Positions 1-9,595 of a stretch of 35,211 nt of DNA are shown here, one piece after another. Every line of letters starts with the position of its first letter. Positions within the stretch are counted from its first letter, which is position 1. Made by a program: the position numbers and the translations under genes. A model generated the notes under the pieces. That model made no database searches and was not told where the DNA came from. It worked only from the letters and a program-made list of their open reading frames with translations. Origin of the DNA: a virus (lineage: Duplodnaviria; Caudoviricetes); IMG/VR virus record IMGVR_UViG_3300032301_000155, positions 1 through 35,211 of that record. One strand, 5' to 3'.

Positions 1-123
1 ATCCACCGCTTGCTTGAACCCCTTGACCAATAGCTGAGGTAATTGCGCCAGTAGCACCGCCAATCGCAGCACTTTGCCCTGATCGCTCTAAATTTTGACC
101 AGATAATTGCGCTCTAGTAAATC
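1..123. repeat. 123-bp terminal direct repeat, left copy (circular assembly overlap)
   Basis: 1-123 is identical to 35089-35211 (atccaccgcttg...ctctagtaaatc). A minus-strand ORF reads in frame across the join. Confidence 0.97.
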
Positions 124-613
124 CAGATGTTGCTCCACTTGCTGCACCTCCCGCAATAGCTCCAGGAGCATTAGCTCCCAAAGTAGGACCAACATCACTA
201 GCTATAGCAACAGGACCTCCAGTAGCGCCTGTAACACCTTTTCCGACAGCGCCACCCACAACAGATCCAGCAGCACTAGAAGCAGCGCCAATAGCACCCG
301 CTTTTAATATGCCATCAACATCTTTTCCTTGAACAGCAGCGTTTACTGCGCTTGTAGAACCTCCAATAGCAGCAGCGCCAACCGCAGCCGTAGTTGTAGC
401 ACTAGCTCCTACAACGCCCATTTCTGCCATTATTGCAGCTCCTACTTGTGGACCAGCGTAAACAGAAGCTACCACAGCTACAACGGTAATTAGAACGGGA
501 ACAACACTTCCTCCTCCTTTTCCACCACCACCACCACCACCACCACCTCCACCGCCACCTCCCATTGGGTTTCCGTAAGGTAACATTTTTTGTTTATATC
601 TTAATAAGCTCAT
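1..613 (-). CDS. 5' part of a 307-aa Gly/Ala-rich putative ejection (DNA transfer) protein spanning the circular join; continues 35088-34778
   Basis: ATG at 613 overlaps the upstream TGA (ATGA). Reads MSLLRYKQKMLPYGNPM-G14-KGGGSVVPVLITVVAVVASVYAG... with a hydrophobic segment. 613+311 nt = 308 codons, in frame with the track ORF 34778..35071. First of four consecutive ejection-like genes, P22 gp7/T7 gp14-like by position. Confidence 0.75.
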   Translation of the reverse strand, partial: MSLLRYKQKMLPYGNPMGGGGGGGGGGGGGGKGGGSVVPVLITVVAVVASVYAGPQVGAAIMAEMGVVGASATTTAAVGAAAIGGSTSAVNAAVQGKDVDGILKAGAIGAASSAAGSVVGGAVGKGVTGATGGPVAIASDVGPTLGANAPGAIAGGAASGATSGFTRAQLSGQNLERSGQSAAIGGATGAITSAIGQGVQASGG

Positions 614-1017
614 AATTTCATCTCCACCATTACAGATTTTCGGAATACATTAATTCTTTTGTATAGTCTTTCAATAGAATCGGTAACATACCCTTGAAGC
701 CTATCAGCACCGTAACCCCTTAATAAATCAACAAATTTTTCAAAACATTCTTTATTGATTAACATTCTTCCACCAAGGCAAGTAACAAAAGCTACATAAG
801 ATTTTGGATAAGACAAAAAAGAAACTACAGCAGCTCCGTTAACTGTGTTGTCATCATTGACAGAAACAAATAATTTCCATTTTTGATCTAAAACATATTG
901 CTTTATATCTTCCAATGAATATTCAGCGTCATGTTTGTTTAAAGCACGCTTAAAGTAAGGTTCTACCCTTACCCAAATTGGTTCAACAGCTTCAACAGGT
1001 ACGCAATAAACATCCAT
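610..1017 (-). CDS. putative GNAT-fold/internal virion protein (positional analogue of P22 gp14/T7 gp13)
   Basis: 135 aa with GAAVVSF...AFVTCLGG...GADRLQGY...ERLYKR, reminiscent of acyltransferase-fold proteins. Immediately precedes the ejection genes. Confidence 0.5.
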   Translation of the reverse strand: MDVYCVPVEAVEPIWVRVEPYFKRALNKHDAEYSLEDIKQYVLDQKWKLFVSVNDDNTVNGAAVVSFLSYPKSYVAFVTCLGGRMLINKECFEKFVDLLRGYGADRLQGYVTDSIERLYKRINVFRKSVMVEMKL

Positions 1018-1391
1018 TACAAACCTTCCGCAATTAATTCTTCAGTCATTTTTCCAAGGGTAATCCCATAGCCTAATAGCTTATAGTTTGTTCCCTGACC
1101 AATTTCTTCTTGTGTCATAAGACCATTTTTAACAGCCATATCTACAGCCATTTGATAAGCGATTGGATCACGCAATCCTTGATTACATAACTCACCTATT
1201 TGCACTAGAGTTTGTGGGTTGATTTGATATTCTTTGATGTATTGGCGTAATTGTTGTTTTGCTTTTTCTATATCAGGTGATTGTTTTGGCTTACCTTTAT
1301 TGGCAACCAAATCCATTACATCTTGGTTAATCGGCTGAGTTTGCAGATTTTCCATTTTTTTTGGAGGAGGGGAAACAGGATTGGTAGCCAT
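1017..1391 (-). CDS. hypothetical protein
   Basis: 124-aa ORF tightly packed in the late operon. Confidence 0.75.
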   Translation of the reverse strand: MATNPVSPPPKKMENLQTQPINQDVMDLVANKGKPKQSPDIEKAKQQLRQYIKEYQINPQTLVQIGELCNQGLRDPIAYQMAVDMAVKNGLMTQEEIGQGTNYKLLGYGITLGKMTEELIAEGL

Positions 1392-1733
1392 TTAATTTAT
1401 TCCTAGGGCAGCAGCTATTTGTTGGTGAATGTACAAATGAGAAGCAATCCAATCATAAAAATCTTCCTCATTATTAAAGTCAACATCAAGCATATTGAAC
1501 GGATTATTCAATCCTAGCAAGCCAGCAAAGGCTTGATGTTCGACCTGATGAGCCAATAACCAGTCATCTAAATTGTCTGTATTAGCATCCGTTATGGGGT
1601 AAATAGGCACAGAAATACCCTGATCCATAAAAGTTTCTTGAAAAACCTTGTGCTGAGTGCCATTACAGAACAAAAACTCTCCTAGAGAATCAACATCTCC
1701 GTATTTAACAATAGATAGAGTTTCAAAGTCCAT
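1392..1733 (-). CDS. hypothetical protein (acidic, two HxxxH motifs)
   Basis: 113 aa; WLLAHQVEH and WIASHLYIH form an internal repeat; abuts neighbours. Confidence 0.75.
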   Translation of the reverse strand: MDFETLSIVKYGDVDSLGEFLFCNGTQHKVFQETFMDQGISVPIYPITDANTDNLDDWLLAHQVEHQAFAGLLGLNNPFNMLDVDFNNEEDFYDWIASHLYIHQQIAAALGIN

Positions 1734-1734
1734 G

Positions 1735-1926
1735 TCAGTTCAGCTTAAACGCAATCGCTACTAAAGAAGCCACAATAAATCCAGCAGAAGTAATCAAAAT
1801 AGTTTCAATCCTCTTTAATCTGGCGCAAATACTGTCATACCGTATCTCACACACCGCTTCATGAGTATTTAACCGAGCTTCGGTGTTATCAATCATAAGT
1901 TCCATTGTTTGTGCATTAGACGGCAT
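1735..1926 (-). CDS. small coiled-coil protein with C-terminal TM helix (XhlA/holin-like)
   Basis: [21 protein letters not shown] followed by hydrophobic [18 protein letters not shown]. Confidence 0.55.
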   Translation of the reverse strand: MPSNAQTMELMIDNTEARLNTHEAVCEIRYDSICARLKRIETILITSAGFIVASLVAIAFKLN

Positions 1927-2587
1927 AATATGGCACTTTTACAAGAGTTCCGTTTAGGTTGGTAACAATGTATCCAGCAGGCACTAAAGGCAAGCTGGAT
2001 GTAGCAAAAGTCGCATTAGCTGTCACATTGGCTGTGTGGTTAACAATCGTCACATTCATTGCTCCGCTAGGAATAGTGACATTGGTTAAGGTTAAATTGC
2101 CTACGGTTGTGGCTGTATTGCCAAGACCAATCGTGGTATTACCAAGAGTGATGTTGCCACCCGTAATCGCTGTATTAGCTACGCTGATGGCTACATTGGC
2201 TGCTGTGGTTACTCTGCCTTTAGCATCAACGGTAACTTGCGCTACGGTGCTTGCATTGCCATAAATACCAGCAGCAACACCGCTTGTGTTTAAAGTAGGG
2301 TTAGGGTAAGTGCCAGTAAGATCGCCACCCGCAGCACCACCAGGAGAAGTACCACTAATTACCACATTGGCAGCCGTTGTAATTTGACCTTGGCTGTTAA
2401 CCGTAATTTGAGATACGGTTGTAGCGTTTCCATAAATTCCAGCCGTTACCGCAGTATTAGCAAGCGAAACAGTACCCGTAGTCGTAATAGGACTAGGGCT
2501 GACATTGATGCCAGTACCCGCAGCAATCGAGGTTACTGTACCGCTACCTCCACCGCCAGAACTTCCTGATACGACCTTGAGAACCAT
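1916..2587 (-). CDS. tail fibre-like protein
   Basis: Thr/Gly/Asn-rich. Two copies of the fibre repeat ([12 protein letters not shown]...G..TTAANV.IS), including [10 protein letters not shown]. Confidence 0.7.
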   Translation of the reverse strand: MVLKVVSGSSGGGGSGTVTSIAAGTGINVSPSPITTTGTVSLANTAVTAGIYGNATTVSQITVNSQGQITTAANVVISGTSPGGAAGGDLTGTYPNPTLNTSGVAAGIYGNASTVAQVTVDAKGRVTTAANVAISVANTAITGGNITLGNTTIGLGNTATTVGNLTLTNVTIPSGAMNVTIVNHTANVTANATFATSSLPLVPAGYIVTNLNGTLVKVPYYAV

Positions 2588-2589
2588 TT

Positions 2590-2916
2590 TTAAACTCCAT
2601 CGCCAGGGGTAATATAAATTGTTGCGTTAGCCGTACTTGTACCTGTGAAATACGCATTGGGTACAAAAGTCAGAATTTCGTCTGTTCCGCCTAATAATGG
2701 GAAAGCAGCGCCAGAACTGGTCACATTGGCTGAGTTTGTAGTGGCATTAGCAGCATCTACTCCGTAACCTAAAAAAACAACGGTAGTACCAGCATTGATA
2801 ATGCGATATTGATTACCGCCAATAGTGCTATTGGTTACTTGAACAGGAGTTGGCGCAGTTACACCAGCAATAAAAGCAACGGTGTTTCCTGTTTTAGTAA
2901 ATGCGTTAATTCCCAT
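2590..2916 (-). CDS. small beta-rich virion protein (paralogue of 29717-30064)
   Basis: 108 aa in the tail region; shares N-terminal, NQxRIxN and C-terminal YxTPGxG motifs with 29717-30064. Confidence 0.6.
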   Translation of the reverse strand: MGINAFTKTGNTVAFIAGVTAPTPVQVTNSTIGGNQYRIINAGTTVVFLGYGVDAANATTNSANVTSSGAAFPLLGGTDEILTFVPNAYFTGTSTANATIYITPGDGV

Positions 2917-3268
2917 TTGTTACCTCTACCCAAGAGGTAGCAGCTTCATCCCAAGAGTAAATTTTACCGTCTGTTGGATAAGGTACTGGTGATTCCCACA
3001 AATAAGTGTTTTGATTTAGTGTCCAGCTTGGATAGGGTTGTGGAGCAGCAAAACCTGTGCCATCCCATGTATAACCAATGCCAGCATAATTTTTGTTTAA
3101 TGCTACACCGCCATCAGGCTGACCATCTTGACCATAGTGAACATTACCTCTTGTATTGTAAGAAGTTTGAATCCAGCCATGACCGACCACACCGCTATCA
3201 ATAAAGTCTTGTTCAGCAACAATGACTTGTGTAACGATTCCGTTTTCTACTTTTGCAAAATGTGACAT
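2906..3268 (-). CDS. putative tail fibre assembly/chaperone-like protein
   Basis: MSHFAKVENGIVTQVIVAEQDF...WIQTSYN...NYAGIGYTWD...PQPYPSW; Trp/Pro-rich; directly follows the glycine-rich adhesin. Confidence 0.55.
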   Translation of the reverse strand: MSHFAKVENGIVTQVIVAEQDFIDSGVVGHGWIQTSYNTRGNVHYGQDGQPDGGVALNKNYAGIGYTWDGTGFAAPQPYPSWTLNQNTYLWESPVPYPTDGKIYSWDEAATSWVEVTNGN

Positions 3269-3277
3269 ATTTACTCC

Positions 3278-5731
3278 TTAAGCCGTATAAGTTCCAGATG
3301 AATTGTAAGTAAGAATAGTGTTAGATCCTGATGTGGTTACTGTTGGTGATCCTGTAGTTGTTCCAGAGTAATTTGCGGTTGGGATAGAAAGAATAACTAT
3401 TCCTGAACCACCGTTTCCACCGTTTCCGCTACTACCACCTCCACCTCCACCGCCACCTAAATTAGTAGTTCCAGCAGTTCCAGCAACGCCAGGATTTCCA
3501 CCTGCTCCACCACCACCTGAACCACCAGAAGCACCAGTTCCTCCTGTGTAGCATCCACCACCGCCACCACCAGCGTAAGTTGTTGACGAACCGCTTATGC
3601 TTGATGCTACACCAGCACCACCTATGCCTCCTGTGGATGCTTGAGAATTTTGACCAACTGCACTTGCGCCACCACCACCAGCACCTGGATAAGGCGCACC
3701 TGTTGAACCGTTACCTCCAGCATATCCTTGATTTGCAGTTCCAGCGCCACCAGCAGCACTATCATTTCGACCACCGCCACCTGAACCACCTGCATTTCCC
3801 CCGCTTCCAGCACCATCTCCACCGCCACCGCCAGTTGATGTAACAGTAGAAAAAACAGAATTTGAACCATTAGAACCATTGGCAGTTCCAGTAGCACCAT
3901 TACCGCCACCACCGACAGTAATTGTGTAAGAAGTGCCTTTTGTTAATAACAATGCAGATTCTAGAGATCCACCACCACCAGTTGCCGTAACTGTGCTTCT
4001 TAAACCTCCAGCACCGCCACCGCCATTGCCTACTGTTGATCTTCCACCACCGCCACCACCAGCTACTACTAAATAATTAGCTAAATAGCTACCAATTAAA
4101 GATCCGCTAGATGTAAATGTATGAATTGTGTTGCCACCAGAAGATGTAACAGTACCGCCAGTAAATGCTTGTGATCCAGCGTAAGAGATGATTACAACAC
4201 CTGAGCCACCGTTGCCACCGTTGGAAACTCCTGCGCCTGATGGATTACCGCCACCACCACCGCCACCGCCTAAGTTCGCTGTACCAGCAGAACCATCACC
4301 AGTTTTTGAACCGTTACCACCACCACCCAAACCTCCAGTTCCACCAGAAGTACCATTAAAGTCAGCGCCACCACCGCCACCACCAGCGTAATATGTTGAT
4401 GTGCCACTTATTGATGAAGCTGTGCCATCACCACCGTTGCCACCAACAGATGTTGTTCCCGCAGCGCCTACTGTGGATGCACCGCCACCACCGCCACATC
4501 CGTATGCTGGGGAAGCACTAGCGCCAGCATGAAGTCCACCATTATTTCCTTGACTTGGGCTTGTAGAAGGGGTGTTGCCTTGTCCAGCAGATGTTGTATC
4601 TGAATATCCATTACCCCCTCCTGAGCCGCCATTACCACCAGCGGAAGTTGGTGCGCCATACGAGCCACCATTACCACCACCAGTTGATGTAATAGATAAA
4701 AATACAGAATTAGAACCACTAGTAGCCGCTACTACACCCGAAGCTAATGCACCATTACCACCAGCACCTACTGTTACTAGGTATGTTGAGTTTGTGTCAA
4801 TGGTTATGCCAGAACCAGTTCTAAATCCACCAGCACCGCCACCGCCACCATCACCAACACTAGATGAAGTTAAACCGCCACCACCTCCGCCACCACCAGC
4901 TACAATTAAATAGCTTGCTGTCAATTTAGACAATGGGCTTAATGTGCCAGACGAAGTGAAAGTGTGAATAAAGTTACCGCCTGATTGGGTAACTGTGCCA
5001 CCACCAAATAATTGAGTTGCGGATGTGTAGGAAATAATCACTACGCCTGAGCCACCAGACATTCCAGCGCCAGACCTAACACCTCCACCACCGCCACCTG
5101 TGTTAGCCGTTCCGCTTGTTGGTGCAACGCTTGTGCCTCCACCTTTACCGCCACCTCCATCACCGCCTGGATAACCATCAGCAGCAGAAAATGCAGAGCC
5201 ACCACCACCGCCAGCATAAGTAACGCTTGAGCCCGTTATGCTTGATGCTGTTCCATCGCCGCCATATCCTTGTCCGTCTGTATTTCCAGCCTCAGACGCA
5301 CCACCACCGCCGCCGCCATTATTAGCATCACCATTACCGCCTGCAAATCCTTGGCTTGCTGTACCAGCACTACCAGAACCACTTGTAGCGCCTCCTCCAC
5401 CTCCGCTACCGCCAACAGCACTTGGTAAAGTTCCAGCGTTGGTACCACCTTTACCGCCACCAATTGAAGTAATTGAATTGAATACAGAGTTACTACCATT
5501 AACATCTGAAGAGCCACCAGCTCCTACAGTAACTGTATAGGATAAAGTTAAATTTAATAAACTTGTTCCAGTTAAATATCCGCCAGCTCCTCCACCACCT
5601 CCAAGGTCACCAACATCTCCACCGCCACCTCCGCCAGCAACAACAAGATAACTTGCAGAAACGGCTGCTGCGCCTGTAGTCCAACCAAAGGCTGCTAGGG
5701 CTGCTGCACCAATTTTAGATAAGCGTGGCAT
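3278..5731 (-). CDS. glycine-rich tail/receptor-binding protein with three tandem glycine-rich domains
   Basis: 817 aa. Three units, each starting YLV/IVAGGGGG and ending GGSGV/IVII/LS, linked by GGTVT.SGGN.IHTFTSSG. Confidence 0.8.
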   Translation of the reverse strand: MPRLSKIGAAALAAFGWTTGAAAVSASYLVVAGGGGGGDVGDLGGGGGAGGYLTGTSLLNLTLSYTVTVGAGGSSDVNGSNSVFNSITSIGGGKGGTNAGTLPSAVGGSGGGGGATSGSGSAGTASQGFAGGNGDANNGGGGGGASEAGNTDGQGYGGDGTASSITGSSVTYAGGGGGSAFSAADGYPGGDGGGGKGGGTSVAPTSGTANTGGGGGGVRSGAGMSGGSGVVIISYTSATQLFGGGTVTQSGGNFIHTFTSSGTLSPLSKLTASYLIVAGGGGGGGGLTSSSVGDGGGGGAGGFRTGSGITIDTNSTYLVTVGAGGNGALASGVVAATSGSNSVFLSITSTGGGNGGSYGAPTSAGGNGGSGGGNGYSDTTSAGQGNTPSTSPSQGNNGGLHAGASASPAYGCGGGGGASTVGAAGTTSVGGNGGDGTASSISGTSTYYAGGGGGGADFNGTSGGTGGLGGGGNGSKTGDGSAGTANLGGGGGGGGNPSGAGVSNGGNGGSGVVIISYAGSQAFTGGTVTSSGGNTIHTFTSSGSLIGSYLANYLVVAGGGGGGRSTVGNGGGGAGGLRSTVTATGGGGSLESALLLTKGTSYTITVGGGGNGATGTANGSNGSNSVFSTVTSTGGGGGDGAGSGGNAGGSGGGGRNDSAAGGAGTANQGYAGGNGSTGAPYPGAGGGGASAVGQNSQASTGGIGGAGVASSISGSSTTYAGGGGGGCYTGGTGASGGSGGGGAGGNPGVAGTAGTTNLGGGGGGGGSSGNGGNGGSGIVILSIPTANYSGTTTGSPTVTTSGSNTILTYNSSGTYTA

Positions 5732-5741
5732 TAACTAAATC

Positions 5742-6326
5742 CTACTTAAACTGTGTTTGAGAAGCTAGGGCAACATAGGCATTAGCGCCTGTTTTAATAA
5801 TCACATAAGTGTACGAATCAAGACTAGAAGCATTACCGCTAGTAGGAGCAGTACCGCCTTGCCATTTAGGAGTTACTGAGTTTCCATCAACGGTCAAAGC
5901 AGAGTTATAGTAAGCAGTAGCGCCTTGCGTAGTTACTAAAGTGCATGAAACAGCAGTATTGGTTGCAAAAGCGTTGTTAAAAGTGACGCTTGATGTTCCT
6001 CTAAAATTAACAGTAAAGTTACCAGCAGCATTGCTAGTAAAATATTGAACAGCGTTATTGAGGACATCAAAGTTGATTGTTGCGTTAGCAGCCGTAGCTG
6101 TTACATTAGATGGTTCTTGAATTGTCGTAATAGTGACATTGCTCATACTGGCATTAGCAGCATTTTGAATAGTTGGATTTGCAAGGGTGACATTACCAAA
6201 TGAAGTAACGGTGTTGCCTAATCCAACGGTGGTGTTACCGATAGTTGCGCCAGTATTAAAATTGGCATCAAGTTGCGATAACGGTATCGAAGTTGTTGCA
6301 GTTGCAAAAGAATATGGAACAGCCAT
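5742..6326 (-). CDS. tail fibre/spike-associated virion protein
   Basis: 194 aa, Thr/Asn/Ala-rich. N-terminal IPLSQLDANF; C-terminal KWQGGTAP...DSYTY as seen in fibre tip domains. Confidence 0.6.
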   Translation of the reverse strand: MAVPYSFATATTSIPLSQLDANFNTGATIGNTTVGLGNTVTSFGNVTLANPTIQNAANASMSNVTITTIQEPSNVTATAANATINFDVLNNAVQYFTSNAAGNFTVNFRGTSSVTFNNAFATNTAVSCTLVTTQGATAYYNSALTVDGNSVTPKWQGGTAPTSGNASSLDSYTYVIIKTGANAYVALASQTQFK

Positions 6327-6327
6327 T

Positions 6328-8331
6328 TTAGAACCTCACTCTCAATTCATGTTCAAATTCAAAACCGTTATAGTTATACGCAGGACTACTAGATGTTACT
6401 GTAATTCCTAGGTATTTTCCATACTGTGCTGCATCAGTTTTGTACAAGTTATATCCGCTACCAATCCACCCGATTACTGCCAGGGAATTGTTAGTCCAAG
6501 TTACTGTTGATAAATTGTTATTTGTCCAAGCAATCAGGCTTTGCAGCGTATAAGCTGGACTAGAACCAATTTCACTATCTATTGTGGCGCTCAAGATAAC
6601 AGCACTATTTGAGCTTGTTGCTTCAATACCAATCTTTAAAGCCTGTTTAGTGCGTATTGGATCACCCATTGGCATCAGCGCAGTTTGTACCCGACTGGTC
6701 ACAGCGCTTAAAGAATCGTCATACAGCTTAAATAATTGATTAGAAGCTGTGCCATAAAGCGATATTTTCCCACTTACAGGCACAGAAGTGATGTAAGCTA
6801 GGCTATCACCTTGACTGGTGATGAACCACTTTTTTTCAAAAAATACTGCTTGGACATAGCGATAGCTCTGGGTAAAGATGGCATCGTAGTATCTAAAATT
6901 AAACGCAGCGCATAAAATGTTGTTAATTAAAACCTGACCACCATAAACAGGGCTTGCAAAGTCAATATTAGGAAACAAGCCATCTAAAGAATCTGATAAT
7001 TTGGATGTGGTAGAACCGACCAAAGCATACACCCCGTAGTCGTTCATAAACAACACCGACCTAAAATACGGAAAAATAGCATTAGCTCTTTTAGAACCAA
7101 CGGAAGCGCTCACATTGGTATTGGTAAATAGGGTAGTACCGCTAGTAGTAACCCTAACATCTGAAAACACATTAATTGAATCATCGCCAAAAATGTACAA
7201 AAAGTTGTTAGCAGAAAGCAAATATTGGATGTTTCCATGCAGCGTGCTGTCTGTCAGAGTAACCGCTCCCGCAGAAACGCTTGTAAAGTCCGTATAAGAG
7301 CCCGCAGCGCTGTAATAAACTGTTCTACCTTGGGCTACCCACACCCTGCCAGAAAAAGTTGCTACGCCCACATTTTGCTCTGTTTGAACTGTACCTTGTA
7401 AAGCAGCGTTAGTTGTTGCACCGCCACCAGATATGGTGACAATTAAATTGGCTGTATTGGTATAACCCGTACCCGCATTGGTCATAATGACCGAAGTAAC
7501 CACATTGCCTGTCACAATCGCTTGGGCAGCAGCGTTTGTACCACCGCCACCTGAGAAAGTAATGATGGTATTAGCTGCGTTGGTATATCCCGCACCCCCG
7601 TCAATCACCGCTACCGATACTGTGCCTGTAGCAAAAGTGACCAAACTGGCTACCGCACTAGCGCCTGATCCTCCGCCACCTACAAAGGTAACCGTAGTAT
7701 TGGCAGCATTGACATAGCCAGAACCCGCATTGGACACGCTTACAGAAGCTACGGTATTTGCACCGCCAACAGTTAAAGTAGAAACTGCATTAGCATTAGT
7801 ACCGCCTGCTTGAGAAGGCGCTGAAATAATAACTGTGGGAGCTGAAGTATAACCAGAACCCCGATTAACAATACCTATTGATCCGACTGATCCGATAGTG
7901 ACAACATTATTACCATCCCAATTAAACAATCCCTTATTCGGATCAAGGATCAGCGCTCTGTCGTTATACCATTGGGTAGTTTGTAATCCTGAATTAGAAA
8001 ATGTGCCAGCTACCGCCACATTACCTCTTGTATTGCCTATAACATCGTAATACTGGGCTGATCCATCTGATAAAAAAGCTAGTACATAGTCTTTAACCCC
8101 AATATTAACTGAACTGAGGTAGGTAACCGTATTGCTAAAAGTTACGGCTACATTAGCAATATTGATATTGGAGTAGGTTGGAGTAATTTTAAGATTAGCG
8201 TAACCTATTGGTTGTGCATTTTCAATCCAAGAAAACTCAGTTTCATCAATGGCTGTACGGTTAGCCTTGGTATTAAGCCCTTTGAACTGCTTAATTACCT
8301 GGTAGGACTTTTTCTGTTCAGCAGCAGCCAT
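6328..8331 (-). CDS. tail nozzle/stabilisation protein (P22 gp10/T7 gp12-like) with a GSGY-repeat insertion
   Basis: 667 aa after the adaptor. N-terminal FKGLNT; propeller-like ATFSGRVWVA..TVYYS and FLYIFGDDSI; four GxGYT/V repeats. Confidence 0.65.
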   Translation of the reverse strand: MAAAEQKKSYQVIKQFKGLNTKANRTAIDETEFSWIENAQPIGYANLKITPTYSNINIANVAVTFSNTVTYLSSVNIGVKDYVLAFLSDGSAQYYDVIGNTRGNVAVAGTFSNSGLQTTQWYNDRALILDPNKGLFNWDGNNVVTIGSVGSIGIVNRGSGYTSAPTVIISAPSQAGGTNANAVSTLTVGGANTVASVSVSNAGSGYVNAANTTVTFVGGGGSGASAVASLVTFATGTVSVAVIDGGAGYTNAANTIITFSGGGGTNAAAQAIVTGNVVTSVIMTNAGTGYTNTANLIVTISGGGATTNAALQGTVQTEQNVGVATFSGRVWVAQGRTVYYSAAGSYTDFTSVSAGAVTLTDSTLHGNIQYLLSANNFLYIFGDDSINVFSDVRVTTSGTTLFTNTNVSASVGSKRANAIFPYFRSVLFMNDYGVYALVGSTTSKLSDSLDGLFPNIDFASPVYGGQVLINNILCAAFNFRYYDAIFTQSYRYVQAVFFEKKWFITSQGDSLAYITSVPVSGKISLYGTASNQLFKLYDDSLSAVTSRVQTALMPMGDPIRTKQALKIGIEATSSNSAVILSATIDSEIGSSPAYTLQSLIAWTNNNLSTVTWTNNSLAVIGWIGSGYNLYKTDAAQYGKYLGITVTSSSPAYNYNGFEFEHELRVRF

Positions 8332-9242
8332 TAGATCATCCCGCTATAAGAACTTGGAATCCTTCTAGTAAATGTCGTATTTAAGACTGAAGTAGCTTGT
8401 TTGAGGTACTCTTGTTTAAAGATTTCTGATTCGCCAAAACTTTGCTCATAAAATTTAGCTAGATAAGCTGCATAAAATTTTACACAAGTGCTATACGGAT
8501 CGTTAATGCTATCGGTAACTGTTGGAGCTGATAACAAAAGGGCATTAGGAAGCACTACGCAATCAATTTCAACTTGATAAATTTGGTCTGGTACAGGTCC
8601 AATATAAATTTGTCCTTGACCGTACACGCTAAACGCAAGCGGTCTGCCAATGTAGTTTTGCCAAAAACGCAACCTCACATTAAAGTCTGTCCAGGCTAAA
8701 TAATCGAGTGGCACACGAGTATTTCCCCAATACAGGTTTATGTTCACAATATCTAGCACCGAGTTGCCAGAACTAGGCGCTAATGGTGAAGTTCCCATTA
8801 AATTAGTCAATGCACCATAAAGGATATTTTCGCAATTACCGACATACTGCAAAGTGGCTGTACCATCAGCAAACGCAGTTGAGGGCGGGTAGTTTGTGTA
8901 ATTATTTGTTCCACCATCAGGATATGGGGGTGCAGTAGAACTTGAAGTTCCACCTGTAATGTATTGATAAATAAAAATATTTGAAAATACAAAAGTATTT
9001 GCTGTAACAACAGTATCAGCTACCCATTGAGTTGGATAAGCTGGCGTTGCACTATTGATAGTATTAACTACTTGACAAGGAACTTGAGCAACAATAACTT
9101 CCCGTAATGCTCCAGTATCACGAACTACTCGCTCACGAGCAGAATTGATGTATGTCGTTAACTGTGTATCTGTATAGAAGTTAGCGTTAGCATCGTGGAG
9201 CAAATATCGGACATCTGTAAGATAAGATGACAGGGTTGCCAT
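8331..9242 (-). CDS. head-tail adaptor/tail tubular protein A-like
   Basis: TLSSYLTDVRYLLHD...YTDTQLTTYINSA, IYIGPVPD and YAAYLA are typical of podoviral adaptors; carries an insertion of about 70 aa. Confidence 0.65.
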   Translation of the reverse strand: MATLSSYLTDVRYLLHDANANFYTDTQLTTYINSARERVVRDTGALREVIVAQVPCQVVNTINSATPAYPTQWVADTVVTANTFVFSNIFIYQYITGGTSSSTAPPYPDGGTNNYTNYPPSTAFADGTATLQYVGNCENILYGALTNLMGTSPLAPSSGNSVLDIVNINLYWGNTRVPLDYLAWTDFNVRLRFWQNYIGRPLAFSVYGQGQIYIGPVPDQIYQVEIDCVVLPNALLLSAPTVTDSINDPYSTCVKFYAAYLAKFYEQSFGESEIFKQEYLKQATSVLNTTFTRRIPSSYSGMI

Positions 9243-9256
9243 TTAAGCTCCATAGA

Positions 9257-9595
9257 TCATGCTACCGCCTGGAGGATCTTTCCCCCAGCCCGCTTTGAAA
9301 CGGGTAGGGGTACTCTTTCCACCAACGGGGATAACGATTGGTTCTTTTTAGGTGGTTCGGTGGATAAATGCCACTTAGCAAGTTTTTCTAATCCTTGCTC
9401 AAGTTCGTTGGTTGTTTTTACCCACCCAAGCCTAGCCAAATATTTCATTTTGTCCTCGTCTTTGTAACCAAAAATGTGTCTTGCAAATTCTTCAGGGATC
9501 TCAACTGTTGATCCTTTTTTAAATTCATAAAAAACACCACCGAAGCCATCTTTTAGGTCTTGGTCTGAATTATTGGTTACAAAGATATTAGACAT
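9257..9595 (-). CDS. hypothetical virion morphogenesis protein
   Basis: 112-aa ORF between the capsid and tail genes. Confidence 0.7.
   Translation of the reverse strand: MSNIFVTNNSDQDLKDGFGGVFYEFKKGSTVEIPEEFARHIFGYKDEDKMKYLARLGWVKTTNELEQGLEKLAKWHLSTEPPKKNQSLSPLVERVPLPVSKRAGGKILQAVA

Noticed and set aside
1-123. Terminal repeat as a biological direct terminal repeat or att site
   Set aside because: It falls mid-gene and the ORF is seamless once one copy is removed, as expected for an assembler overlap on a circular contig.
3580-5540. Pro-rich or His-rich plus-strand ORFs and alternative-frame minus ORFs within the glycine-rich gene
   Set aside because: Shadows of GGN codon runs; no RBS or independent features.
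3278-6326. Diversity-generating retroelement acting on tail genes
   Set aside because: No reverse transcriptase and no near-identical template/variable repeat pair seen.
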